A DNA stretch of 63,455 bases, filler included, from Reticulomyxa filosa (taxonomy: Eukaryota; Protista; Foraminifera): NCBI GenBank assembly GCA_000512085.1. It is 16 parts of 16 records of this genome, joined end to end, with 100 filler letters (N's around TTAATTAATTAA, not from the genome) between each part and the next. Parts side by side here need not be neighbours in the genome. Positions count along the whole stretch, not along the records: positions 16,030 to 26,919 come from ASPP01008178.1; positions 27,020 to 31,621 come from ASPP01010288.1; positions 31,722 to 36,023 come from ASPP01049920.1; positions 36,124 to 42,125 come from ASPP01019942.1; 12 more parts are not named here. One strand, written 5' to 3'. Both the position numbers and the translations under genes were made by a program. Positions 25,259-36,378 of the stretch are shown here, piece by piece; position 1 is the first letter of the stretch; each line of letters starts with the position of its first letter. The notes beneath the pieces were generated by a model. That model searched no databases, was not told the DNA's origin, and saw only the letters and a program-made list of their open reading frames with translations.

Positions 25259-26851
25259 TTACATTTTGGATTTTGGCGGTGTGAATTGATTTTTCAGTCC
25301 ACTCCAGCACTTGTAATAGTCCGTTTGTAACAAAGACGAATTCAACGCATATTTGGTAACTCGCAACAAATAGTATGATTCAAACATAAAAGCAAGGGCA
25401 GCTGTATTGGGCTGACGTGGTCAATAAATGTATCAATTGTTTTATTTTCAGTTAATGTTAAAAACAAAAAGTAAAAAACAAAGAGATATCCAAAATGACC
25501 TGGACAGGCACTTGCGGTTCTTTTGAGCCTTTAAGGAATGCATCCGCATCAGGGCCATGTGAAGACATGCACGAATGTAAACTACCACCTCCAGGCAAAA
25601 AACCTTCCGGTTTTGCTTCATACTGTCCATAAATGTTGCCCATGTACTCAGACATGCAATTTCTGTCCATAAAACAAAAAAGATTTAATGTTAATCCTTT
25701 TCAAAAAAAAAAAACACACCTGTGATAATAAGGAGGTCGGAATGTATTTGTATGAACTGACCAACGGGGTGGAAAAACCACAAAATCACAAACAGCCACA
25801 CCAGGACTCACTGTCTGTGCAGTAAGGACTGCGATCCCCCATACGCACACAGTTTTTACGTTAGAATTCGGGTGTTACTGTTGCGGATAGCAAATACACT
25901 CTTTTTTTTTTATAAAAAAGACCAGTAAAAATGGAGGGATCTATGTGGTCAAAAGTGACTGAGTTGACAGCACAAAATAAACGCAGATCATATCGATAAG
26001 GGATGTAATTCCCATGCCAGCCGACGACATCAAATGTACTGCTTTTGCGCTGACACTGAAATAACTTACCTAAAAACTTTTGGACAATATAAAAGTCTCC
26101 TTCAACATTTTCAAAACTAGCTACAGGGGTTTCAAAGTCTCGTGGATTGGCCAATCCGTTTGCTCCAATGGGGCCTAAATCTGGGATTACGAAGTGCCCC
26201 TCAAATAATTCTGCAATATACGCTCGTGAGGGTCCTTTTTTTTTTTTTTATAACGATGCACTTGCGCACAACTCTCAAAAGATATTGATTAAAATTTGTA
26301 AAAAAAAAGTTTAAAATCCTAAACTCACCTTTGACCAAAACTGAAAATTGAATACCCCTTTGAACGACAGCAATGTAATTAATTGGGACTTCCATAATTC
26401 CACATTCGGTACGAATCAACAAATCACCTTCTTGTGGTACAATCAAGAGGTCCGCATCACTATTCACCATTGCACAATTCATCATCGGTTCATTCCAGGC
26501 CGCTATGTGGATTGCCACTCCTGTCTTCATTTCTGCGCTTCCTGCTCCACATATAGTATGCCAGCCCTTTTTAAAAATTTTTTGTAATTGAAACTGAGTC
26601 CCAAACTCACGAATGGAAAAAAGAGGTATTGGCTCAAAAAAAAAAAAAAAAAGGACAGCGACGTTATACGTGTATACGTAAGGAAATTAAACCTGATAAA
26701 ACAATGTCTTGGACTTTGGGATAGGAACTGGGCACCATCGCAATCTCTCTGGGGTAATCTCTTCTTTTGAAAAGTCTCCCACCAATGTGTTCCCGTCAAT
26801 TAATTTGTACTTACTTTGCCGTGCTGTTGGCACTATACGATATAACCATCT
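25259..26851 (-). CDS. HGD: Homogentisate 1,2-dioxygenase (multi-exon, 5' truncated)
   Basis: [88 protein letters not shown] (Fe ligands His/Glu), [20 protein letters not shown] and ...[16 protein letters not shown]. Confidence 0.97.
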
Positions 26852-27019
26852 ATTTACAGTTTGTTATTTGCCTTCCTCTATCCTTTGAATATCTGTCGAT
26901 TTTTTTCAAAAAAACATGTNNNNNNNNNNNNNNNNNNNNNNNNNNNNNNNNNNNNNNNNNNNNTTAATTAATTAANNNNNNNNNNNNNNNNNNNNNNNNN
27001 NNNNNNNNNNNNNNNNNNN

Positions 27020-27684
27020 AAAAAAAAAAAATTACGTATACAAAGCAACCGTGTTTGGCTCATCTTCGGTGAAATTGACGAAAACACAAATTACGATATT
27101 TTATGTAGTATTTTCTCTCTTTGCAGGCCTTGGAATGGGTTTTGCAATAGTAGCTAGTGTAGCGAAGCAATGTGTATTTCCATTTCAACCGAAAGATTTT
27201 GATCCTTTTGGAAGAGGGGTCTATTACGACTGCTTTCGATATGACTGGTCGCACCTCTTGCTCACAGCAAGCGGAGCTGTTCTTACTTTTGGATTCAATT
27301 CTCTAATTGCATATATGTACTTGTCTCGAATTATTCAGCTTTCAAAATCTTTGGAAACTTTTGTTGTTGTTCGATCCTCGATACCACTGTCTATCAGAAG
27401 TACTTCAATCAAAACTATTCAAAACTTTGATACCATTGAACATTCTACTTCTACTGACTTGCCAAACAACGAAAGGCCAGATTTTACTACATATTCGCAA
27501 AGCCACAGTCATTGCTATCACAAGTATTGTTAGCACTATACTCATTCTATCCATTGCCACTCTTATCTCTTACTTGGATGTTCTCATCCTGTTTGATATA
27601 CTCTTTAATGGTCTCCTTATTTTTTGCTCGTTTGCTTTTGGGGATAAATTTTATAGAATGTTATGTGGCTGTTGGAGTCCTTGA
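27020..27684 (+). CDS. C-terminal part (TM4-TM7) of a second orphan 7TM protein, with an apparent 1-nt frameshift near 27475
   Basis: The ORF at 27051 has two TMs flanking a Cys-containing loop. The ORF at 27307 continues ILLHIRKATVIAITSIVSTILILSIA...LILFDILFNGLLIFCSFAFGDKFYRMLCGC. Confidence 0.55.
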
Positions 27685-28299
27685 CCCATCATTGCCAATT
27701 TGTTGTTGTCAGTTCTGCAGACCAAAAAATTTTGTACAAAAAATTTTGATCAAAAAAAGAAACACAAAGTATGTTTGTGATTGAATTTTTCAATTTATAT
27801 TTTTTTTTTCTCGTTCATTCTTTTCGGAACTAGCTGATGTTTTTCACAAATTAAAAAAAATGCATTTGCATTACTAACTGACATTTTTGTTATTATCTAT
27901 CGTTGTGAAAAAATATATATTTTTGAGTTTTTGTTCACAAGTTTGTAGAAAGATTCAAGAAAGATAGATCAGCAAACTAAAACGTACAAGAAAATTGATG
28001 ATAAAGATAATTGAATGTTTTATGAGTTGAGTTATTACAAATCTGGAGTCAGTTACGACTTATTTATCACTACAAGTTGTTTCAAAAAGATTGTATGTCA
28101 AGTACATATTATAAGTATATGAATGTCAAGGTAACTGGAGAATCCACCGTTACCTTGACGTTCAGTGACTTGCCATACAATAGGAAACAACAACTAAATA
28201 TATATAACAAATTTTCAATAATTATATTAAAAAAATACAACAAAATAATATATAACAAATGTTCAATAATTATATACATTATATGAATCATTGAATAAT

Positions 28300-29200
28300 T
28301 GAATTTGTCCAGACATAATGTCCAATAAATATATTTTTTTATCAAATGATCAATATAATAATGTATTTGATAATTCATTTATACCAAACTTTATACATCT
28401 GATAAAATCTGAACATCCAAATGATGCTAAATTCTTGGTTTTTTCAATATCACATAGTTGAACTATTGCATCCTATAATCCAGAGCAAATTTTATATCTA
28501 TTTCCACCAATCACACCAATATTATTACTTTTATTATTATCATCGATATTATTGCTTATCAATGGTAAAATATCAACACAACGAACAATGTCCATATATC
28601 CATTGAAAAATTTAATAATTTTGATGTTTCAACAAATGTTTTTGTCAAATGATCCAGATCATAAATATTTACCACCATTAAATAGTGAAAATTCAATTCC
28701 ACAAACACCTTTAGTCCATTTAATATTTTTAATTCATTATTAGATTTGAAGTCCCAAAAACGAATATCATTATCATTTGATGAAGAACAAATGACATTTT
28801 CACGATAATTATGATAATTATATGATGAAAATTTGACACAATAAATCCGGATGAATATATTGAACAATTGACTTTGATTGTCGTTATCAATATAACATAC
28901 ACGAACTGTTCTACCAGATGATCCAAAACAAATTAATCTACCAGTATCAAATGTTGCATAATCAATAATATATATCTCAATATTGTTGTTGGTAAATGTA
29001 TTAATTAATTTGGATTATGATCAGAATGTCTCAAATATAAATACATTTTGTACATATATAACAAATAACATTAAAAATAAATAAATAAATAAAAAACAAA
29101 TAAGCTAACATAATTGACAATTTGTCAAATTCATTTATCTACCCGAACTTGTGGACTAATTTAGTCCAACGTTTCGTAATTAATTGAGTCTTTTTTTCTG
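28300..29200 (-). pseudogene. Degenerate WD40-repeat gene
   Basis: Fragments YCVKFSSYNYHNYRENVICSSSNDNDIRFWDFKSNNELKILNG, GIEFSLFNGGKYL and NNIGVIGGN lie in shifting frames with stops. They match the expanded Reticulomyxa-type WD40 family as recalled. Confidence 0.85.
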
Positions 29201-30030
29201 TTGACTGTTTGAATCACAAATTACATACAACAAAGAAAACAATAAAAAAGTAAATTATTAATGAAGACTTACCAACTCTAAAGTTTGTATCTTTTTTTTT
29301 TGATGACGCAAAATGAACAAAATTATGAAAGTGGCTTTCAAAAATATATTTTAACAACACATTATATTCAAAATTGAGAAATATAAATCATTTGATATTA
29401 TAAAAATAATTAGCTCCTTCAGAATATGGAAAAAGAAAGCATTGGAAATCATTCTTTTGTCAAAAAAGTAAAATATAAGCTTTTCTTTTTTTAACTAATC
29501 GTTGTCCCTTGTGCAAGCATCGAAGGAGTCATTATTTATTATTCTAAAAATTATCTCAATGTAAAAATTTATTGCATTCTGCAATGTTCTACAAGATCTT
29601 CTTTTTAATTGATCCGTTCTTCAATTTAAAAAATCCAAGATCCAAATGTAAAAGATCGTTTGTCAGAGTACATCAAAGAAATAAACATAATTTAAAACCT
29701 TGGCTAATTATATGTTCGGGCTACTCGAAAATTGTTGCTTGTTACAGAATATATTTGTAAATTGCGTTTCCCACACAGATAAAACGCAAAAAAGGTTTAA
29801 CAGTATATTGGAATGGAGTATGTATTTAAAACTCAGGTATTTGCTTATTAATCCGACAGAGATTTTAAATGTTCATAAATGATAGATTTTTTTATAAAAA
29901 GAATTAGCACCATTCAAAATAATGAATATTTTTCAGCTTTGTCATTGAAAGTTGAAAGAAAAAGTAATTAAAAATTCCAAAAAAAAAATCTTTCACGTGT
30001 TTGCAAAATGAGAGATATAGATATACGTTA

Positions 30031-31590
30031 TCACAAAGCAGTGACTTTGCAATAGTAGCATTTTTGTTTCCATTTCCAATCATCAATTTGGACTTCATTT
30101 TTAACGGACATGACAAACTCATTATCAATATTTCCATTTTCACTGACAATTTTACTTGTCTCGTCTTTGCTGGCTCCTGTTTCAACAGCAAACACATGAG
30201 AAGCTGTAAAGTCATCGATATTACGAATGGAAAGATCTCCATGACGATGATTGCCACCAGTTGCGCCATGTTTTTGAGAGTTTAAAATGGCCTCTTGTTT
30301 TCGGCGGTACGAATGATACGTACACTCACAGGTTTTACTGTCATATATGCAAGGTTTGGTTAGATCGGTCGAAACGAGTGGAGCTTCGGACGCGTATACG
30401 TGAGGAAGATGATGAGCTTCATCTCCAGTGTAAACCTCTTCCGCAGTCTTTCTGCTCTTTACAAGTTTAATTGATTTTTTCCCGAGTTTTAATGTGCCAA
30501 CGCATTTTTCTTCCATGAGCAATCGCAATCCTATGTGTTTATTATTATTTACAAATTGTATGACGTGTTTTTTTTGTTTTGTTTTTTTTTTTGGATTAGT
30601 CATCCAAATCTTACTTTGAAGAAGGACATCATATAAAATAGCCATACAAAAAATACAAATATGGATTATATCACAATCATATTGTATTCCTCTTCTCACC
30701 TAATAAAGAATTTTTGTCGATCAAAGGCTTTCGTTTTTCCAAATGAAAAGCTTCCTGCTGTAGCGATTGATATTTTGCATGTCCAGTTTCTTTCATTTGC
30801 AAGTGCCTTCGATAAGATTGCTCAACGTGTTCAGGACTACTATGAGAAGGAAGAGGCGGGGGAGGATACGAGGGAGGGCGAGAATTGTCTCCATTCAAAG
30901 AGTGTGCTGACCGACCTGGCGTGGCGTCATCGGAAGCATCTTCTGGAGAGCTGTAGTCTTTATGAATTGGCTTGGACTTGAAAGGCATGACAATGATATA
31001 ACTGACCGTATCGCGTTTGAAAGCGTAGCTTTGTTCCAACTCATGCACACAACTGACCAAATAATCCATATCCCAATAAGGAAACTTAATGATCAATTTC
31101 ACGTACAGAAAAGTAATGTTCATTTCCTCCTTTTTTTCCAAAAACGATCGCAATTCGCTGAGTAAGGAAATATTGTGCTCACAAGTAGTGTTTTTGGTAA
31201 TCAAATACAAATATTGCAACTGGCGGCAGCTATTACTCATTTGAAACGAGTAGTACCAATAATTGTAATAATAACTGAGCCATGAATAGTAAGAAGAAGG
31301 CTGTGGCTTGTCACTGTCATCATTACCATTAAAACGATTCAAATTATTTTTGTTCAAATGTTCCAACAAATAACGCAGCTGTTGAATACTTGATTTCTTC
31401 CCATAAATCACTTGTAGTCGTTTCAATGCCGGTAAGTGGTGAAAATACTCGGATAAATATAACAAATTCTCATCCGACAAATACACACACAATTCTTCCA
31501 AACCGAAAAACACTTTGTTCTTAATCTCCATTAATTCATTTACACTTTCGTGATTTGTTCCAACCAGTCCAGCACTCCTTTTCGTTATAT

Positions 31591-31621
<31 letters not shown>
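30031..31621 (-). CDS. Unknown protein (5' truncated; exons ~31594-30700 and ~30530-30031)
   Basis: A 305-aa and a 222-aa ORF joined through a GT-AG intron. LRR-like phrases (LPALKRLQVIY, CRQLQYLYLI); ends KCYYCKVTAL*. Confidence 0.55.
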
Positions 31622-31721
31622 NNNNNNNNNNNNNNNNNNNNNNNNNNNNNNNNNNNNNNNNNNNNTTAATTAATTAANNNNNNNNNNNNNNNNNNNNNNN
31701 NNNNNNNNNNNNNNNNNNNNN

Positions 31722-34700
31722 CAAGAGCTAATGAAACATGGCATAAAAAATAATCGCGAACTCGTGTCAAAAAGTGATTCCGAATTAAACGAATTGTGCA
31801 AAAAGTGTTCGATACAATTAATGTTCGCTCGTTCGTTTCGAACTGCAGTGCAAACATTGCAAGAAAAAAGTAAAAATAAAAAAGAGGAAAAAGAAAAAGA
31901 GACGGAAGAAATGGAAACAGAAACCAAGGTTGATGTAACAGTGGATATTGAAACTACCGCCACAAATGAAGACGAAGGAACAGGTAGTATCACGGTGAAC
32001 ATATCACAAGAAGAGTTGCAAACAGAAAAATTGGAGTTAAAAGTGGAAACTACATTGAAGGAGATTGGTGTTCGTTTGTCCAAAATCCAAGAAAGTCAGC
32101 GAAAGCACTATCGTCCAAGATTCGAAAATACCTTGGAAAATTTAAGCAATGGCAAATTTGAGGAATACTTTCAGAAATTGAAAGACACTTTAGGAGATAT
32201 GAAAACACAAGGGTATGTGACAAAAGTGACTCCATGTTGTCTCCTATGTTTCAAATATAAACATAAAAAGAAAAGACAGCATGTCTTAGAATAACTCTTA
32301 GTGTTCTTAATCTTTAGTGAAATCAATGGTGCACTTGTGTACCGAATCACAGCCCAGAGGGATTTGAGATTGAATGCATTTTCCTTGGTTTGTGCGGATT
32401 TGAAGTAAAAGAAATTATTGAAAAAGACGAAGAAACAAAGGAAGAGAAACAAAAGAAAACATTTGATATTGATGGTAGTGTCAACAAAGATGCAGTGGCA
32501 TTGGTGGCAGAGAGGTTATATTTGGTCGAACAGACATTAGCGATGGTGATCGACAACAAAAACAATACCAATGAGAGCCAAGTCAATGACACTTTTGTCA
32601 ATCAATTTGAACATATGCTACGGATAATGAAAGTGGATTTGCTTATGTTTTCTGATGAACAAAAACGAGGTCGAATTTACAATCATGCAAGTGGATTTTA
32701 CGATGACCAGTTCATTGTATTTACGTTGCAACAGTTCATATCCGAAATCCAAGACAGTACGTTGGCATCCAAACCAGTGCTGAATTCGGATCATTTGGAA
32801 AAGTTTGTGAATTTCATTGGAGGCAAGTCGACCATATCTACCGAGAGTGCCTCCAAAATTAACATGGATGATTTAAAACATTTGAAAATTCATCCAGTTG
32901 GATTGTTTGGAACAAAGGAAGAAGTGATTTGGCAATTGCAAACATTCAATTGCATATCCAAACCGATGCAAGACTTATTAAGCAGTGAAAAAAATAGTGA
33001 ATGTCTTAGCACTGGCGTGTATGCAATAGTTAGTTTGAAGGACGCCTTTTTGAAGTTGGACAAAACTCCAAAAGAATTGGAATTGATGTCTAAATCAAGC
33101 AATGTGGACATTGTGTTATTTTTTTGGCCAGACACAGATTCATTTGCAGATATTAAGCGAGGCAATGCTTCTTCCCTTTTTTTGAGAGTATTGTTGGAAG
33201 TCTGTTCGACTGTTTGTATGAAGGTATCGCAGAGTGAATTGGACAATTTTTACGTTGATAAACAAACTGCACAAGACAAGATGGAAGAAGAACAGAGTAT
33301 GGGAGGTGGAATTCAAGTTGGAATGAAAGAACAACAAAAAAACGACGTGTCCTGCAATGTCGAAAAAATGCAGTCATTTCCAATTGAGAAGGAAAGAAAG
33401 CAAGAGAGTTCAAACGGAAGTGTAATATCGAAGCGTGCATTTGTAATCGAAGGAGCACAGTCCACCATTCTATGCCATTGCTCCATTCAAGAACACCCAA
33501 TCGAATCAAAGCAACTTTCATTTACATCTTCAAGCGAAGAAGAATTAATGAATTACATTAAACAAATCACACAAACACATCAATTAAAACTTTTGGACGA
33601 GGCTTTTGATACGTGGGAAAAAGCACTTATTTTTGCAGAGTCTATTTGCCCTGTGTTGATTGAGGTTTCCAAATTTTTTTTTTTTTGGGTTTAATCTTGT
33701 GACGTTAATATACATATGCTTTTTTTCTTTTTGTGACTTTTTTCTTGTTGTTGATAAATGAACCAGGATTTCAATCAACAATTACTTTCAATCAACGAAC
33801 GGTATCAAGAAAAGATTGACACAGCACACTCAAAAGCACAAGAGCAATACAACTCTCAAATGTCGAAATTCGAGAGTGAATATAGCAATTTTTTTGCCTA
33901 CATGTGCAAGACGAAAGATCTTGCAAAGATTAGAGGAATAGCAAAAGAATTATCAATTAAAAAAATGGATGATTTTTTTCCTGTCAACAATAGCAATTTG
34001 AATGCCTCCTTTTCAAAAGAAGATTTTGACAATGGTATTAACGCCTTAACCAAACAAATTCCGGACAAAGCATCATATTGTTCACTTTTGGGCAATAAAT
34101 TTAAAGATTTAGATAATGATGTCAACAGCTTGCATAGCATGTACAAAACTAAATTAAGTAAGGCTGTGGAATCAAAAAAAAAAAAGAAAAGGAAGAACAA
34201 CGAAGAACGGCCCGGCAACAATGACTCGATTCACAAAATGCGGGAATCACAAGAAGATCAACAAGAAATCAAATATAGACCTGATTGTCATGACTATTTG
34301 AAAATAGAACTGATAACGAAATTTGGCCAAATGTATGTAAGATACAAACAGATATTCCTTGACAGTAATCCAATCAAATTTGTCTCCTCTCAAGAAGAAG
34401 AATTGAAGAAAGAGTATAGCAGCGATCTATCGAGGAGAGAGTTGGAATTGAACAAAGAATTTTTGAAGAGATTGGATGAAAAAATGAACAATAATAATCC
34501 ATTGTCCTGTGTTATAGAAAAATGTCATAACAACGAATTGAAAGGAAGTATTGAAACAAGACTAAAGCCAATTCAACATTTGGGATTTGTATTTGGTGAT
34601 TTTAATATACAAGGCTCGAAATCAGACCATTTGGAGTTGAAACAAGTGGTACAAAAAAACAACGAATTTGACATTCGTGGCAATGAAGAATTGATATTCA

Positions 34701-36023
34701 CGTATGGACTGGCTAACAATGAAATAGTATTGGTGGTTTCCATTGACGGAAATATATCCGACTTCTTACCAGTGGACGAGAAAAAGTACAGTGATGACAA
34801 CAAACAAGATGTATGGAGCGAGCAATACAATCAAAATTGTACCACCAGAATTTTCTTGTCCTCAAGACAAACATTAAATAAAAATAAAAAAGCAACAGAA
34901 GAATTACGAGGTAAAATGACATTGGCTGCTTTGAGTGAGCAAAAACATTTAATGGTATTGTATGAACGTGCAAGACAACTCATTCATCTATATAAATGGA
35001 ATGAACGCATCGCGGACTCTTTGCAAAAATTAAAAAACAAAATCATCGATTTAAGTGTATATACACTCCCCAAAGGCTTCTATGTCACAGGTATGTGTTT
35101 CAACAACAAAGATGACAATTTATACATTTTGGATAACAAAAATACAATCCGGTGCATCACTTTGGATGCTGGGCTGTTCAATCACGAACGCAAAATTATC
35201 TGCAAAGAACAATACTCCAAAGTGATGATGACATTGGAAGGAGGATACATTGTTGGAATAAAACCCTATGAACAAAAGCAAAAAGGACAGAATAAACAAG
35301 TTTCACTATCACAAGTGCCAATGCAATCGGAACATGACAATGACGTAGTTACCGAAGGAAATATGCAGACATCTGGCGAAATACATAGCGATAATAAAGA
35401 ACCTGGAAGTACAAACGTAGATACGAAAGAAGGCGCTGCCATCAGTACTACCGATATTACAACTATTCCTCCAGTGAGACACATACCAACAGCTTTGATA
35501 CAATGTGATTTTTATGTACTCGACGACTCTAAAGAACTTGTGCGCAGTTTGGTATTGCCAAAGGAATTCATATCAAATGGAATAAATGATATTCAATTCA
35601 AATTAGTTCTTCAAAAACAAATTTACGTCGTCTTTTTGGATGACCAATTTGTTTTCCACTGCCTGCCATTGCAAATGTCCTTGAAAAAATCACAATTGCA
35701 TATCAAGTTAACATCAATGAATGGAAATTTGACTACCAGTGATGATCGGAAATTTCGAATAAAAAAGCCAAGTAAATTGGATTACATTGAATACAGCTTA
35801 GACAAATTTGGATCCAAGCCGGAATTTTATTCACAGCCCAAATTGGCTCTTCATTTATCTGTTCTTTTGGATGCAAATGAAAACAAATCATCATCGTCAT
35901 CATCATGGATATCGAGAGAAAGGATAGCACAAGCATCTGAATTGGTGTTGCACACGTGTGACAAAGTCAATCACGATACCAAAAAAATATTTACGCATTT
36001 GGATTGGAAATGCACACCCATTG
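31722..36023 (+). CDS. Fragment of a giant (>1300 aa) protein with coiled-coil and beta-propeller-like regions; both ends truncated
   Basis: Three long same-strand ORFs (187, 434, 773 aa) separated by short introns. Motifs IHPVGLFGTKEEVIWQL, LSTGVYAIV, VLFFWPD, LFLRVL and VTGMCFNNKDDNLYILDNKNTIRCITL. Confidence 0.75.
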
Positions 36024-36378
36024 NNNNNNNNNNNNNNNNNNNNNNNNNNNNNNNNNNNNNNNNNNNNTTAATTAATTAANNNNNNNNNNNNNNNNNNNNN
36101 NNNNNNNNNNNNNNNNNNNNNNNACAGAAACGAGCAAGTCGAATATCGTATATGCATAACACTTCTTTTGAAAATTTTGCAAATTATTTTTTATTCTTTA
36201 TAAGTAGTTTTTAAAAACTACTTAATTTGCCATCACTTTATCGTATGCGAGTAATGGCACTATGAAATTGCTTATTTGTCAGTTACTTCAAAAACTTTAT
36301 GTTGTCTTTCAAAAAGAGGGAAAGTGCAAAGCAAACACTCCTCATTGCAATCTGTGATTGATAACTTAACAAAAAACT

